From Escherichia phage vB_EcoM_I14.1: a stretch of 64,000 nt of DNA. The translations under genes were made by a program, and so were the position numbers. The notes beneath the pieces were generated by a model. That model ran no database searches, was not told the DNA's origin, and was given only the letters and a program-made list of their open reading frames with translations. The stretch lies in the sequence record PP892526.1; one strand, written 5' to 3'. Below are positions 45,758 to 55,690 of this stretch, piece by piece; the first letter of the stretch is position 1, and every line of letters begins with the position of its first letter.

Positions 45758-45771
45758 GAGAGAGATAAAAT

Positions 45772-47553
45772 ATGAGTAAGTCACTTTACGCAGTACCAGC
45801 AGGTCTTAATGCAGATGCTTACAAGGCATCACATATATATCAGTATCCAGATGCTACGCAATATCTTATGTTGAACCTGACACCACGTAGTGACAAATGG
45901 TTTAACAGCCCCTTAGCAATTGATGGTGTAGTTGCTTTTGGTATTCAACGTTTCGTTAAAGATTACTTGATAGACCATTGGAATGCCACCTTCTTTGAAC
46001 GTGATAAAAAAGAAGCAATTGACGAAATCTTAGAAGTCATGAACGGTGTTCTGGGTAAAGATGCTATTGGTCGAGAACATTGGGAAGCACTCCACGATTT
46101 AGGTTATCTACCAGTTGAAGTATACGCTGTAGAAGAAGGCACAGTTGTTCCTATGCGTGTACCAATGATTGTCTTCCAGAACACTGTTTCAGGTTTCCAT
46201 TGGGTAGCTGGGTATCTGGAAGATGCTTTCTCTGCTGAGATTTGGAAGGCTTGTACCATTGCAACTATTGCATTGCACTATAAACGTATCTGTAAGAAGT
46301 GGTCTGACCTTACTTGTGATAACGACTTACATTTGCCTTATCAGTGCCATGACTTTGCTATGCGTGGTATGTCTGGCTTTACTGATGACGCATTTAACGC
46401 TGTAGGTCACTTAACCAGCTTTAAAGGAACTGACAGCTTCCCTGCTGTGTATACAGCTAAACGCATCTATGGACAGTCCTACCCAATCTCTGATATTGGT
46501 AGTTCTGTACCAGCCACTGAACACTCTGTAATGTGTGCAAACATTGCTTGGGAAGGTGGTAATGAGTTGATTGAAGAAGAAAGACGCTTTAAAGGTGAGT
46601 TACAAACCTTCCGTCGTTTCTTAACAGAAACTTACCCAACTGGCATTGCAAGTGTTGTTTCAGATACTTATAACTTCTGGAGAACTGTATCAGTTATATT
46701 ACCAGAACTTCGTAAAGAGATTATGGAACGTGATGGCAAACTGGTAATTCGTCCTGACTCTGGAGACCCTGTACATATTGTCACAGGCTATAAAGCAATC
46801 CACTTAGAGTGTGCTAAAAAGGCTTATTACGAACACCTAAGCAAGCTGGAAGCCAGCGACACAATGTTGAATGCTGTTCTGAACATGAAGCTTGAAAACA
46901 TCAATTATGGTATTGCTGGATGGCTATTGTCAGAAGGCTACGAAATGGTTGTTGACAGAGAAGACTTTGAAGTTGCTGATACAGTGCTGTTGAAAAATGC
47001 TTATATGGTTGGTTCTGCAAACGTTGTAACACGTCCTGTAGCGGAGATTGATGGAGCTATCAAGACACTGTATAACATCTTTGGAGGAACTATCAACTCT
47101 AAAGGTTTTAAAGTACTGGATGAGCATATCGGACTGATTTATGGCGACTCTATCACGTTGGAACGTGCAAACGAAATACTGAAGCGTTTGTATGAAATGG
47201 GTTTTGCAAGCTCTAACGTAGTGTTTGGTGTAGGTTCTTATACTTACCAGTACATGACTCGTGATACCTTTGCATTTGCTGTCAAAGCAACTCTTGCAAG
47301 CATTGGTGGTAAAGAGATTATGCTTGCAAAAGACCCTAAAACAGATAGCGGTGTTAAGAAGTCTGCTTTTGGTGGTGTAGCACCTATGTGGGATGGTGAT
47401 AATCTGAAAGCTGTAGATGGCTATGGATTCCAGAGCTTTGCAGATGTGCTAGAGCATCCAGCTTGTGCTTTACGTTTAGTCTTTAGCGACTCTGAGCAGT
47501 TCGGTTACACAACTCTTGGTGATATTCGAAATAATATTGACAAGCAGCTTTAA
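45772..47553 (+). CDS. nadV: nicotinamide phosphoribosyltransferase
   Basis: Alignable to NAMPT: DAYKASHIYQYP, CHDFAMRG, FKGTD, PATEHS, VVSDTYN. Confidence 0.85.
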   Translation: MSKSLYAVPAGLNADAYKASHIYQYPDATQYLMLNLTPRSDKWFNSPLAIDGVVAFGIQRFVKDYLIDHWNATFFERDKKEAIDEILEVMNGVLGKDAIGREHWEALHDLGYLPVEVYAVEEGTVVPMRVPMIVFQNTVSGFHWVAGYLEDAFSAEIWKACTIATIALHYKRICKKWSDLTCDNDLHLPYQCHDFAMRGMSGFTDDAFNAVGHLTSFKGTDSFPAVYTAKRIYGQSYPISDIGSSVPATEHSVMCANIAWEGGNELIEEERRFKGELQTFRRFLTETYPTGIASVVSDTYNFWRTVSVILPELRKEIMERDGKLVIRPDSGDPVHIVTGYKAIHLECAKKAYYEHLSKLEASDTMLNAVLNMKLENINYGIAGWLLSEGYEMVVDREDFEVADTVLLKNAYMVGSANVVTRPVAEIDGAIKTLYNIFGGTINSKGFKVLDEHIGLIYGDSITLERANEILKRLYEMGFASSNVVFGVGSYTYQYMTRDTFAFAVKATLASIGGKEIMLAKDPKTDSGVKKSAFGGVAPMWDGDNLKAVDGYGFQSFADVLEHPACALRLVFSDSEQFGYTTLGDIRNNIDKQL

Positions 47554-47574
47554 AAGTATATGATAAGAGGCTCC

Positions 47575-47600
47575 TACGGGAGCCTTTTTAATTTCTGGAG
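47575..47600 (+). terminator. intrinsic terminator after nadV
   Basis: gaggctcc-tacg-ggagcc followed by ttttta. Confidence 0.55.
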
Positions 47601-47606
47601 AATGCT

Positions 47607-47951
47607 ATGGACAACCTTTCCATATGGTTTAACAAGAAACCTGTACAACCGAAATACTTACAAGTTGCCTATACAGACATCCTTGAAGTTCTCGGTAAAG
47701 AAAAGTTTGAAAAGTTTTGTGAAGGTATCTACAATCACCACTGCCAATTTGCTACAAAAGAAGGTATGTTTGTCATAGAACAGTTCTTTGGCAGAGACCC
47801 AGATGATTATGAAGAGATTAGTTTTGTAATGAAATACATGATAGAGTATATTGAAAATCGTGGATTCGAAGTTAATCCTGAATTTTATGAGCATGAGGGT
47901 GTACCTTTAGCAAAAGGTTTTGATGGTATACTCGTTAACTGGACTTGGTGA
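47607..47951 (+). CDS. hypothetical protein
   Basis: 114-aa ORF. Confidence 0.3.
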   Translation: MDNLSIWFNKKPVQPKYLQVAYTDILEVLGKEKFEKFCEGIYNHHCQFATKEGMFVIEQFFGRDPDDYEEISFVMKYMIEYIENRGFEVNPEFYEHEGVPLAKGFDGILVNWTW

Positions 47952-48292
47952 AAATTATGAAAATCAAAGAAATGAACATCAACATTGTCTTAGAAGAACG
48001 CTGGGAGAACATCAAGAAGCCTGAAAATGGTCATAAGTTCCTCAACAAAATCTTAGTAGCAGCTAAAGAAGAACTGACTGGCAAGGTTGCAGCAGCAATC
48101 ACAATAAAGGTGTGTGTAAAAGGTCTTCCAGACAATCACCAATTTGCACTTGACGAGTTTAAAGAGAGCTTCTACAATCCAAACAAACAGATGCTTGAAA
48201 GTAACTTTGCAGTGTCTACAAGTATCGTCCATGACAGAAGCTTTATCCTTTACAAGAATATGAGAGGTGAGTCATGCAAGCATATTGGATAG
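47945..48292 (+). CDS. hypothetical protein
   Basis: 115-aa ORF. Confidence 0.3.
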   Translation: MVKIMKIKEMNINIVLEERWENIKKPENGHKFLNKILVAAKEELTGKVAAAITIKVCVKGLPDNHQFALDEFKESFYNPNKQMLESNFAVSTSIVHDRSFILYKNMRGESCKHIG

Positions 48293-48450
48293 AAATTTTA
48301 CTGTCACTTGGTAGTGTAGCAGTATTTGTTTACCTTCTTTGCAAGTACTATGCAGAGCACAAAAAATGTGACTTCTGTGACGGAGAAGGCTATACAAGAG
48401 CAGGTTGTTGCCCTATGTGTGGTGGTTCTGGTAAAATGTTTAATAAGTAA
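48274..48450 (+). CDS. small membrane-anchored zinc-finger protein (58 aa, below ORF-track cutoff)
   Basis: ATG behind RBS gaggtga; hydrophobic N-terminus then CDFCDGEG...CCPMCGGSG (DnaJ-like CxxCxGxG). Confidence 0.3.
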   Translation: MQAYWIEILLSLGSVAVFVYLLCKYYAEHKKCDFCDGEGYTRAGCCPMCGGSGKMFNK

Positions 48451-48478
48451 TTTAACAGTAAACTAAGAGGAAAGTATT

Positions 48479-50845
48479 ATGCGCATGGTAAATGACCACG
48501 CAGAAGTGATTAAGAGTTCAACTTCTTTGGAGACGTCTCAAGCACAGATTACGATGACACCTGAAATGTTCAGCCTTTTGAGTTCTGGTGTATATACCTT
48601 TAAAGAAAGGGCAGTGATTCGTGAACTGTCATGTAACGCAGTAGATGCTCAGAAAGAAGCTGGAAAAGAGAACATCCCATTCCATGTGCATTTACCTACT
48701 CGTTTTGAGCCTTATTTTGAAGTTCGTGATTTTGGAACTGGATTGACTCATGATAAAGTTATGAGTTTGTATCTAAATTACGGGGCTTCTACGAAGAATG
48801 ACTCTAATGATTACATTGGTGCAATGGGTATCGGTTCAAAATCTCCATTTGCAATCGCTCAGTCATTCACAGTATCTAGCTATGTTGATGGTGTTGTTAA
48901 TAAGTACTCTGTTTACCTTGAGAATGGTATCCCTCAAGTAACTAAGCTGACCACCAACCCAACAAAAGAACCTAATGGTTTAGCTGTACGTGTAGCAGTT
49001 GCTGACCATCGTATTTCAAAGTTCTTTGAAGAAGCTGGTCATGTATACTCATACTTTGCTGTAAAACCAGAAAGTAACATCGAGTATGACGATGTATTAG
49101 TAGATATGAATGTCATTGCCCGTGAAGAAGGTGTTTATGATGCCATGATTCACAAACAAAGCTGGCGTTCTAGTGGTAACAGGACAGAGTTTAATGTAGT
49201 GATGGGTAACATTGCCTACCCTGTTAATATGGAAGCATTACTTGGTGATGATTTCTTCAAAGTATTGCCAGAATTTTTCCGTAGGAGCGTAGACCTTGTA
49301 AACATCTACATGCCTATTGGTTCAGTTGCTATTGCAGCTTCTCGTGAAGCATTGCAGATGAATGACACGACAAAAAATGTTATCATCGAAGCTACTAAAA
49401 AGATAACTGAAGCAATTACAAAGGATGTTATCAAGAAAGTTAATAGCCAACCTACACTCATGGATGCTGCACAGGCTTATGCTGAGTTGCGTTTGAACTC
49501 ACGAGAGATGTTTAATGCTGTGTGTCCAAAGCTAGAGTGGGGAGGCGTTAAGCTTGATTCTCTGGAAGAAGAATTACTAAACATTCGTCGTGGAATTATC
49601 TACGCAGAAGATGGCTCAGTCATCTATGAACGTGATGGTAAAGGTAATATTAAAGTTGATAGGAATGGAAACAACATCCCTAAAGTAGATTATCTTTATA
49701 ATCCTGTTGCTTATGTTAAGTTCAACTCTTTAGAGAGTAAGATTCGTGCAACATCGCTTTCCTACACTCAAGAGGCAAGTATGTTCAATATCTTTGGCGC
49801 AATGCGTAAAAGCCAAATTGAACAGTTTTTGTTTGTTATCAATGACCGTCGCAATAAAAACGGTACTGAGAAAACTGTAGGACGCAACCAGATTCTGCGT
49901 GGTGCATGTCGAGACTATGCCAGCGAGTCAAGTCTGTTTCACAGATACAATGGTATTGTCTTTGTATTCTCTACTGAGAAAGAGCTAGATGATTTAATCA
50001 ATCTGCACAAACTTGATAAAAGCTTGTTAAAGATTGTGAAGATGTCTGATAAGGAACATCATTATCAGCGTAAAGAAGCTGTGAGAGGTGTTGTAAAACT
50101 CTGGAAAGCTGTTCCAGCAGAAGGTGTAGCTTCATACAAAGAGGTGTCAGAAGACTTTGATACAATTGAAGAGCCTCAGCTTTACATTAAGGCAGTCGGT
50201 GACACAGTTGATGGTGAATGTTTTTGCTCATCTCCAGAAGATGTAGCTAAGTCAGTTGCTAATGTTACAGGTAAGACAATCTATGTTTTCCGAAAAGCAA
50301 ATTGGAAAAAGATACCAGAAGACTGGATTGAAGTAGATGAGAAGCTCTTGAACGACAGCTTAACTGATGTTCACTGGATTAATTACAACAGGTATATGAC
50401 ACGTATCTATATGAATGGTGTCCTTGACCTTACAAGCAGTTGGATTATTGCCAGAAACTTTACGTTCAATAACAGGAAGATTTCTCGTGGTTATTGCTAT
50501 TCACGAGACACAAATAAAACTATCTTCTTAGAAGGCAATGAAGATGCTGTTGAGGCAATGTTTGGTAAAATCCAATACGTTGCTGCACCGTTTGCATACA
50601 CTTACACCGTTAGTCGGTTGCAAACTTTGAAAGAATGCCTTGACAACGATACAAAGCTGTACAAGAAAATTAAGAAAGCTGGTGACCGTATGGTTATTAA
50701 GGTGACAAACTATCTTTTAAAAAGAAAACAAGAAAACTTCTTGCTTTCTCATTTAGATTGGAATAAAGTGTCACCTATCGAAGTGAGTAAGTTCTTAGGC
50801 TTTGATGTGAAGTGTGTTCCAGAAGGGACTACAATTTACGATTAA
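48479..50845 (+). CDS. rIIA: rIIA protector protein
   Basis: N-terminal ATPase-like region matches T4 rIIA as recalled: AVIRELSCNAVDA, FEVRDFGTGL, NDYIGAMGIGSKSPF. Confidence 0.85.
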   Translation: MRMVNDHAEVIKSSTSLETSQAQITMTPEMFSLLSSGVYTFKERAVIRELSCNAVDAQKEAGKENIPFHVHLPTRFEPYFEVRDFGTGLTHDKVMSLYLNYGASTKNDSNDYIGAMGIGSKSPFAIAQSFTVSSYVDGVVNKYSVYLENGIPQVTKLTTNPTKEPNGLAVRVAVADHRISKFFEEAGHVYSYFAVKPESNIEYDDVLVDMNVIAREEGVYDAMIHKQSWRSSGNRTEFNVVMGNIAYPVNMEALLGDDFFKVLPEFFRRSVDLVNIYMPIGSVAIAASREALQMNDTTKNVIIEATKKITEAITKDVIKKVNSQPTLMDAAQAYAELRLNSREMFNAVCPKLEWGGVKLDSLEEELLNIRRGIIYAEDGSVIYERDGKGNIKVDRNGNNIPKVDYLYNPVAYVKFNSLESKIRATSLSYTQEASMFNIFGAMRKSQIEQFLFVINDRRNKNGTEKTVGRNQILRGACRDYASESSLFHRYNGIVFVFSTEKELDDLINLHKLDKSLLKIVKMSDKEHHYQRKEAVRGVVKLWKAVPAEGVASYKEVSEDFDTIEEPQLYIKAVGDTVDGECFCSSPEDVAKSVANVTGKTIYVFRKANWKKIPEDWIEVDEKLLNDSLTDVHWINYNRYMTRIYMNGVLDLTSSWIIARNFTFNNRKISRGYCYSRDTNKTIFLEGNEDAVEAMFGKIQYVAAPFAYTYTVSRLQTLKECLDNDTKLYKKIKKAGDRMVIKVTNYLLKRKQENFLLSHLDWNKVSPIEVSKFLGFDVKCVPEGTTIYD

Positions 50846-50925
50846 AGTGTTTGACAAGGGGCTTCAAAGCCCCTTAGAATAACCTCACAAAAATGATTTA
50901 TTAACTAACAAGAGAGAGCAATAAG

Positions 50926-52035
50926 ATGACTACTAAAACTAAAGCACAGATTGACGCAGAAATCTACAAACTGGTTAAAGAAGGTAAGCTGACTAAAACA
51001 GCTATTGCACAGAAGTTCAATACTTCAACCCGTTCAGTTGGTCGTGCTGTAGAGCGTCATGAAGCAACCTTAAAAGGGAAGAAAAAGGCAGCTTCGACAC
51101 CAGCCAAGAAGACTTTGAAGCAAGTTGCTAAGTCAGTTAAAAAGAAAGCTGGAAAACCAGTTGAAAAGGTTGTTAAAGACACTGTACAGAAAGTTCCAGT
51201 AAATAAACTGCACGAAGCTATGCAGAAAGATGACAAGATTGAGTACATGATTACTGGTGACTCTGTAATTATGACTTATGGTTCAGAATCTGAAATTGTT
51301 GAGTCTACTCATCCGAACTATCAAGAAATTGTAGTTCATGTTGTGAAAGGTGAGTTCAAGAAAGCATTTGAACTGATGAACATTCGTAAGTCTATCGAAA
51401 ACTTCACTCAGGGTGCTATCACAATCAAAGGTGACAAGTTATTCTACGGTGCTGTTGAGATGCGTTCTACTCTGGTTGACCGTATTCTTCACATGATGAA
51501 GACTGGTGATAAAGGTTTTGAACGACTTGTAATGTTCTTCGAAAAACTGATGGAAAACCCATCTAAAGATTCTGTAGAACAACTTTGGGGATTCGTATCT
51601 CACCTTGATGTTGAAATTGATGAAGAAGGTTACATCATTGGTTGGAAGAAAGTCTCTACTCGTGAAGGCAAGTTGGTTGACTCCCACACCTACAAAGTAC
51701 CTAATGATTTGGGTAACATTGTAGAAATGCCACGTTGGATGGTTGATAACAACCGTAACGTAACTTGCTCTCAGGGTCTTCATGTTGGTGCTTGGGATTA
51801 TGTTCGTTACTTCTCAGGTGATACAATCCTGAAGGTTCGTGTCCATCCACGAGATGTTGTATCTGTTCCGACTGATTACAACGATATGAAGATGCGTTCA
51901 TCCCGTTATGAAGTTGCAGCAATAGTTGATAATCAACGTAAAGTGTTGAAAGCATGGGACGGTAAGACTGAAGCTTTGCATGTCATCGTTGGCACTGCTG
52001 GTGAACTCATCTCCCAACGTAAACGTGAAATCTAA
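50926..52035 (+). CDS. rIIB: rIIB protector protein
   Basis: Downstream of rIIA; C-terminal RVHPRDVVSVPTDYNDMKMR and LVDRIL motifs match recalled T4 rIIB. Confidence 0.7.
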   Translation: MTTKTKAQIDAEIYKLVKEGKLTKTAIAQKFNTSTRSVGRAVERHEATLKGKKKAASTPAKKTLKQVAKSVKKKAGKPVEKVVKDTVQKVPVNKLHEAMQKDDKIEYMITGDSVIMTYGSESEIVESTHPNYQEIVVHVVKGEFKKAFELMNIRKSIENFTQGAITIKGDKLFYGAVEMRSTLVDRILHMMKTGDKGFERLVMFFEKLMENPSKDSVEQLWGFVSHLDVEIDEEGYIIGWKKVSTREGKLVDSHTYKVPNDLGNIVEMPRWMVDNNRNVTCSQGLHVGAWDYVRYFSGDTILKVRVHPRDVVSVPTDYNDMKMRSSRYEVAAIVDNQRKVLKAWDGKTEALHVIVGTAGELISQRKREI

Positions 52036-52047
52036 TAAGTAATTTCT

Positions 52048-52078
52048 TAAAAGGCTGCTTCGGCGGCCTTTTTTATTT
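52048..52078 (+). terminator. intrinsic terminator after rIIB
   Basis: aggctgc-ttcg-gcggcct followed by tttttt. Confidence 0.55.
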
Positions 52079-52135
52079 GTATTTTGTGCAGAGTGCTGTA
52101 TAATTGTTGTCACGATAAACTAAACAGGAGAACCA

Positions 52136-52684
52136 ATGAAGAAGTTGATTCTAGGTTTGTGCTTAATGTTTACAGCACACTTATCTTATGCAGTTGACTG
52201 CCCAGAGCTATCAATTAGCCAAAAAGTTAACATGTTAAAAGCTTACCAGTATGGTGAGAATAATATGGGGAAGGGCTGGGGTATTACTCTAGCAGCTATA
52301 GCCTTACAAGAGTCAGAGTTAGGTCTGAAGGTAGAGAATAAAAAGACCCATGACTATGGTATTTTCCAGAATCACTTGAAGACTGTTGTAAAGCGTAACA
52401 AAATTAGTCCTAATGTGGCTAAAAAGAAACTCTTAAAAGATTTTGACTATGCAGCAAAAGAGACGCATAAAGAGCTTGAGTTTTGGACGAAGGTACATGG
52501 TCAACCAAAGTCAAAGAAGACTTTACAAAAAGTTTTAGCATCATATAATGCTGGGTATTCGTACAAAATTCCTAAAGCTAAGAAATACTCTCAAGATGTC
52601 TACAACAATATGAAAGTTATTGCTCAATGTGAATTTGCAACAAACATTTCTAAGGTAAATCATGAAAAAATTAAGAAAGTCTGA
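52136..52684 (+). CDS. lytic transglycosylase (SLT domain) with signal peptide; endolysin candidate
   Basis: Signal peptide MKKLILGLCLMFTAHLSYA; SLT motifs ALQESELG, DYGIFQ, SYNAGYSY. Confidence 0.55.
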   Translation: MKKLILGLCLMFTAHLSYAVDCPELSISQKVNMLKAYQYGENNMGKGWGITLAAIALQESELGLKVENKKTHDYGIFQNHLKTVVKRNKISPNVAKKKLLKDFDYAAKETHKELEFWTKVHGQPKSKKTLQKVLASYNAGYSYKIPKAKKYSQDVYNNMKVIAQCEFATNISKVNHEKIKKV

Positions 52685-53357
52685 TGAAGTCCTGTGCCAT
52701 GCTTACGACCTACATCCTCATGAGTTAGGTCTTGATTCCTGTGTATGGACCTCAGAACAGTGCAGAGATTTTGAAGATACTGCAAGAGAAGTTGTATGTT
52801 CACTTGAAGAGTTCCACACATCAGAATCAATTGTGAACGTTGTGGACAAAGAGACTGGACAGCCTATAGGTGTAAGACGTGACAGTTTAGTCATAGTCAA
52901 TAAAGACCTTGTAGAAAAAGGTAACCTCATCTTAGCAGATATTGATGGTGTTCTTACAAATTTTAATCACGAAGATTGCTCAACGGAACTGACTGATGGG
53001 TCATTCTCACAGTACACTAATCTTCTTGACTCTGTAAGAGCAAAACCAACGTATGTTTTTAGTATTATTGATGCAATCGCTAATCATGCTGCCATTGGAC
53101 TCTTGACAGCAAGAGGTGAATCTCAGAGAATACCTACTGAGATGTTTTTAAGGCATAACATAGAGCATGATTACATGCTTTTTATGCGTGGTTTTGGAAC
53201 TAACTCTATAAGTGCAGAAAGTTTAAAAGCTAGGATGATTCAGTCTTGCATTCTGCCTTACTTTAATATAGTATGTTTTATAGAAGATACAGAGAAGAAT
53301 GTTCAGAAGGTAAACAGAATCCTTCCACACATTAAAACCATGTTAGTTAAACATTGA
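52662..53357 (+). CDS. HAD-superfamily phosphatase candidate (start uncertain)
   Basis: Motif I-like LADIDGVLTNF; weak. Confidence 0.35.
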   Translation: MKKLRKSDEVLCHAYDLHPHELGLDSCVWTSEQCRDFEDTAREVVCSLEEFHTSESIVNVVDKETGQPIGVRRDSLVIVNKDLVEKGNLILADIDGVLTNFNHEDCSTELTDGSFSQYTNLLDSVRAKPTYVFSIIDAIANHAAIGLLTARGESQRIPTEMFLRHNIEHDYMLFMRGFGTNSISAESLKARMIQSCILPYFNIVCFIEDTEKNVQKVNRILPHIKTMLVKH

Positions 53358-53833
53358 GAGAAAAACTTATGAACAATATCATTACGGTAGCACTGGACGA
53401 TACGACAAACAAATCTGTAGTAGTTCGTAAATTGATTCAAGGTAACTTTGAAGGTAAAATTTTTCGTGCTGTCAATGTAAAAACTGATGGCAGCATTCGT
53501 GAATATCGTGCATTGTTGAACGTTAAGAAGCACGTAAAAGGTGTTGGTTCAACGACTGCACACAAAGAAAACCTGATGACTATCTATGATATGGGTAAGG
53601 CTTCAGAGTTAGGTGCTGAAGGTATCGTTAAAGAAGGTGCTCCGTATCGCTCTTTCAATCTGGAAACTACTCTTATGCTTTCCTTTACAAGTGGTTCTAA
53701 AACAATCACTTACCTCTTTACTGATGCTGCAACGGTATCTGCTATTAAGGATGGCACTGTCAAAGCTGGCGTAGTTGCTGCTGCAAAAGCTTCTTCGATG
53801 GCTGCGAATATCCTTGCTAAAGTCCTCAGTTAA
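53354..53833 (+). CDS. hypothetical protein
   Basis: 159-aa ORF followed by terminator. Confidence 0.3.
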   Translation: MREKLMNNIITVALDDTTNKSVVVRKLIQGNFEGKIFRAVNVKTDGSIREYRALLNVKKHVKGVGSTTAHKENLMTIYDMGKASELGAEGIVKEGAPYRSFNLETTLMLSFTSGSKTITYLFTDAATVSAIKDGTVKAGVVAAAKASSMAANILAKVLS

Positions 53834-53843
53834 GGTTAAGATA

Positions 53844-53870
53844 CAGGCTCCTTCGGGAGCCTTTTTCATT
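53844..53870 (+). terminator. intrinsic terminator candidate
   Basis: caggctcc-ttcg-ggagcc followed by tttttc. Confidence 0.55.
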
Positions 53871-53885
53871 TCAGGAGATTGTTAA

Positions 53886-54233
53886 ATGACATTTAAAGAG
53901 TTCTGTCAAGCTACTTTCATAATTGTTTTCTTAGTTGGGGCAGGTGTCTGGGGAGGATACTCTTACAGAGACTACCAAGTTGCTGAAGCTGAGTTAAGCA
54001 ATGAGAAACTAATAAGTGTTGCTAAAGATGCTTATCAGGAAGGTTTAGCCACACTCAGCACCAATTACAAAAATGATTTGAAAGATGTGCTTGCTAAGAA
54101 TAAGCACACAAAAGAGGTACTAACATATGAAAAGACTAAGCCAGAGTTTTATAATGTTTGTGTTACTGATAATTATGTCAGGGTGTTCAACGAACAAAGT
54201 GAACAGTACATTCAAAAACTCCCAAGTAAGTGA
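53886..54233 (+). CDS. inner-membrane spanin (Rz-like) candidate
   Basis: N-terminal TM helix FIIVFLVGAGVWGGY then predicted helical periplasmic domain; overlapped by lipoprotein ORF. Confidence 0.4.
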   Translation: MTFKEFCQATFIIVFLVGAGVWGGYSYRDYQVAEAELSNEKLISVAKDAYQEGLATLSTNYKNDLKDVLAKNKHTKEVLTYEKTKPEFYNVCVTDNYVRVFNEQSEQYIQKLPSK

Positions 54234-54396
54234 GAGTGACAAGTACACTCAAGAAGAGTCAAGATTCACTGTCAAAGGTAATACTGGTAGTGATGTGGCA
54301 GCAGCCCTTGAGTTTTATCGTGATGGTTTTTACCAGTGCACAATCAAAGCTAATAACCTTATTGATATGATTTTATTAGGGAATAAACAGCAATGA
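54127..54396 (+). CDS. outer-membrane lipoprotein spanin (Rz1-like) candidate
   Basis: Starts in an alternate frame inside 53886..54233; lipobox IIMSGC. Confidence 0.4.
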   Translation: MKRLSQSFIMFVLLIIMSGCSTNKVNSTFKNSQVSESDKYTQEESRFTVKGNTGSDVAAALEFYRDGFYQCTIKANNLIDMILLGNKQQ

Positions 54397-54662
54397 CAGA
54401 GAATGAAGATACTTTTTACGTAGAAGGTTACTTACTGTTACCACGACCAAAAGAAACTTATATGCGGATTGATTTCTCACCAACCATTATGGATAATGTG
54501 ATGTGTCATATCTTTATGCAAGGTGTCACAGCACAGCTTAAGCACGTTGGTAAAGAGTGCAAAATAAAGGTTGACACTCATCCAGAAATCAAAGAGAATC
54601 ACTACACATGGTTCTTACCGGACTCTAAAGAAATCTTAGCAGTTCTTAAAACGAGGAAATGA
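54393..54662 (+). CDS. hypothetical protein
   Basis: 89-aa ORF. Confidence 0.3.
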   Translation: MTENEDTFYVEGYLLLPRPKETYMRIDFSPTIMDNVMCHIFMQGVTAQLKHVGKECKIKVDTHPEIKENHYTWFLPDSKEILAVLKTRK

Positions 54663-54973
54663 TTATGCAATTCCAGCCAACAAATCGTGGATTTTCTTAT
54701 GCAGAATTTAAAGATGCTAAAGGAGAGATTTGTACTTTACAAGAAAGTTCATCATATGAACCATGTATCTGGTTAGGTGCTAAAGAGGTCTCTGTTCAGT
54801 ACCTAGATGGTGGCTGGAAAACACTTGATATCCCAGCATTAGTAGGCAAAGATTTTGTAGGTAACCAAAGAATGAAGCTCAACCAAGAACAGGTGAAAGA
54901 GTTATTACCATACCTTCAGTACTTTGCTGAAAATGGTGAATTACCAACAGAGGAACTTACAAATGCAGATTAA
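54659..54973 (+). CDS. hypothetical protein
   Basis: 104-aa ORF. Confidence 0.3.
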   Translation: MIMQFQPTNRGFSYAEFKDAKGEICTLQESSSYEPCIWLGAKEVSVQYLDGGWKTLDIPALVGKDFVGNQRMKLNQEQVKELLPYLQYFAENGELPTEELTNAD

Positions 54974-55289
54974 TGGAAGAGACTTTGTAGCCGTTTACTA
55001 CGAGAAAGATAAAGAAGTTGGCGTAGCACAAGTATCTTATGGTAATGGTAAGTGGTTGTATGGGACAATCGCAGTAGTCGGAACAAGAAGTGATACAAAA
55101 ACTTTTAAAGACTGTGTTGACCTTCTTGAAGAATCCATCCATAATCATTGGTGTCTGATATGGATGACTGACAACGAAGTGATAGAACGCTTCAAAAAGA
55201 TTGGTATCAACATTGATAGCATTGAGCATGTTGACTTGTATGAGCTAACTGAGAAGGTAAACTATGAAAGTAATACTAGCCAGAGATAA
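54963..55289 (+). CDS. hypothetical protein
   Basis: Start at internal Met (ORF track 54924). Confidence 0.3.
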   Translation: MQINGRDFVAVYYEKDKEVGVAQVSYGNGKWLYGTIAVVGTRSDTKTFKDCVDLLEESIHNHWCLIWMTDNEVIERFKKIGINIDSIEHVDLYELTEKVNYESNTSQR

Positions 55290-55497
55290 AAAGACCCGTA
55301 AGATTGTACGTTCAGCAGTATTCAAAGGGAGACATGAAGTCGTCCCGTTTGCAGGAGAAGATGTGTTAACTTACAAGAAGGTGATGAAACGTGAGTCCAG
55401 TAACCATTTCCGTGACTTCTTCTCTGAACCATTAGAAGATTTTAAAAGTCGTTGTGGTAAAGGTATCATCACTCAAGAGGTAATTATTCATGGCTGA
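55264..55497 (+). CDS. hypothetical protein
   Basis: 77-aa ORF. Confidence 0.3.
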   Translation: MKVILARDKKTRKIVRSAVFKGRHEVVPFAGEDVLTYKKVMKRESSNHFRDFFSEPLEDFKSRCGKGIITQEVIIHG

Positions 55498-55690
55498 CTT
55501 CTGCAAAGACTGCTCTATCGAAATGTTCGGACGTGATACAGGTGACTTAAAAGGTCTTATCACTGAAGATGACTTTAAAGCTGGCTATGCAATGCCAGTA
55601 ATATGTGAAGGTTGTGGATGTATCTGGGTAGACCATGAAGGACAACGTGTAAAACCTTCAGAAGATAAAGAATCTTGGGAGAGATGCTAA
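55490..55690 (+). CDS. zinc-ribbon protein
   Basis: CKDC ... CEGCGC. Confidence 0.3.
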   Translation: MADFCKDCSIEMFGRDTGDLKGLITEDDFKAGYAMPVICEGCGCIWVDHEGQRVKPSEDKESWERC

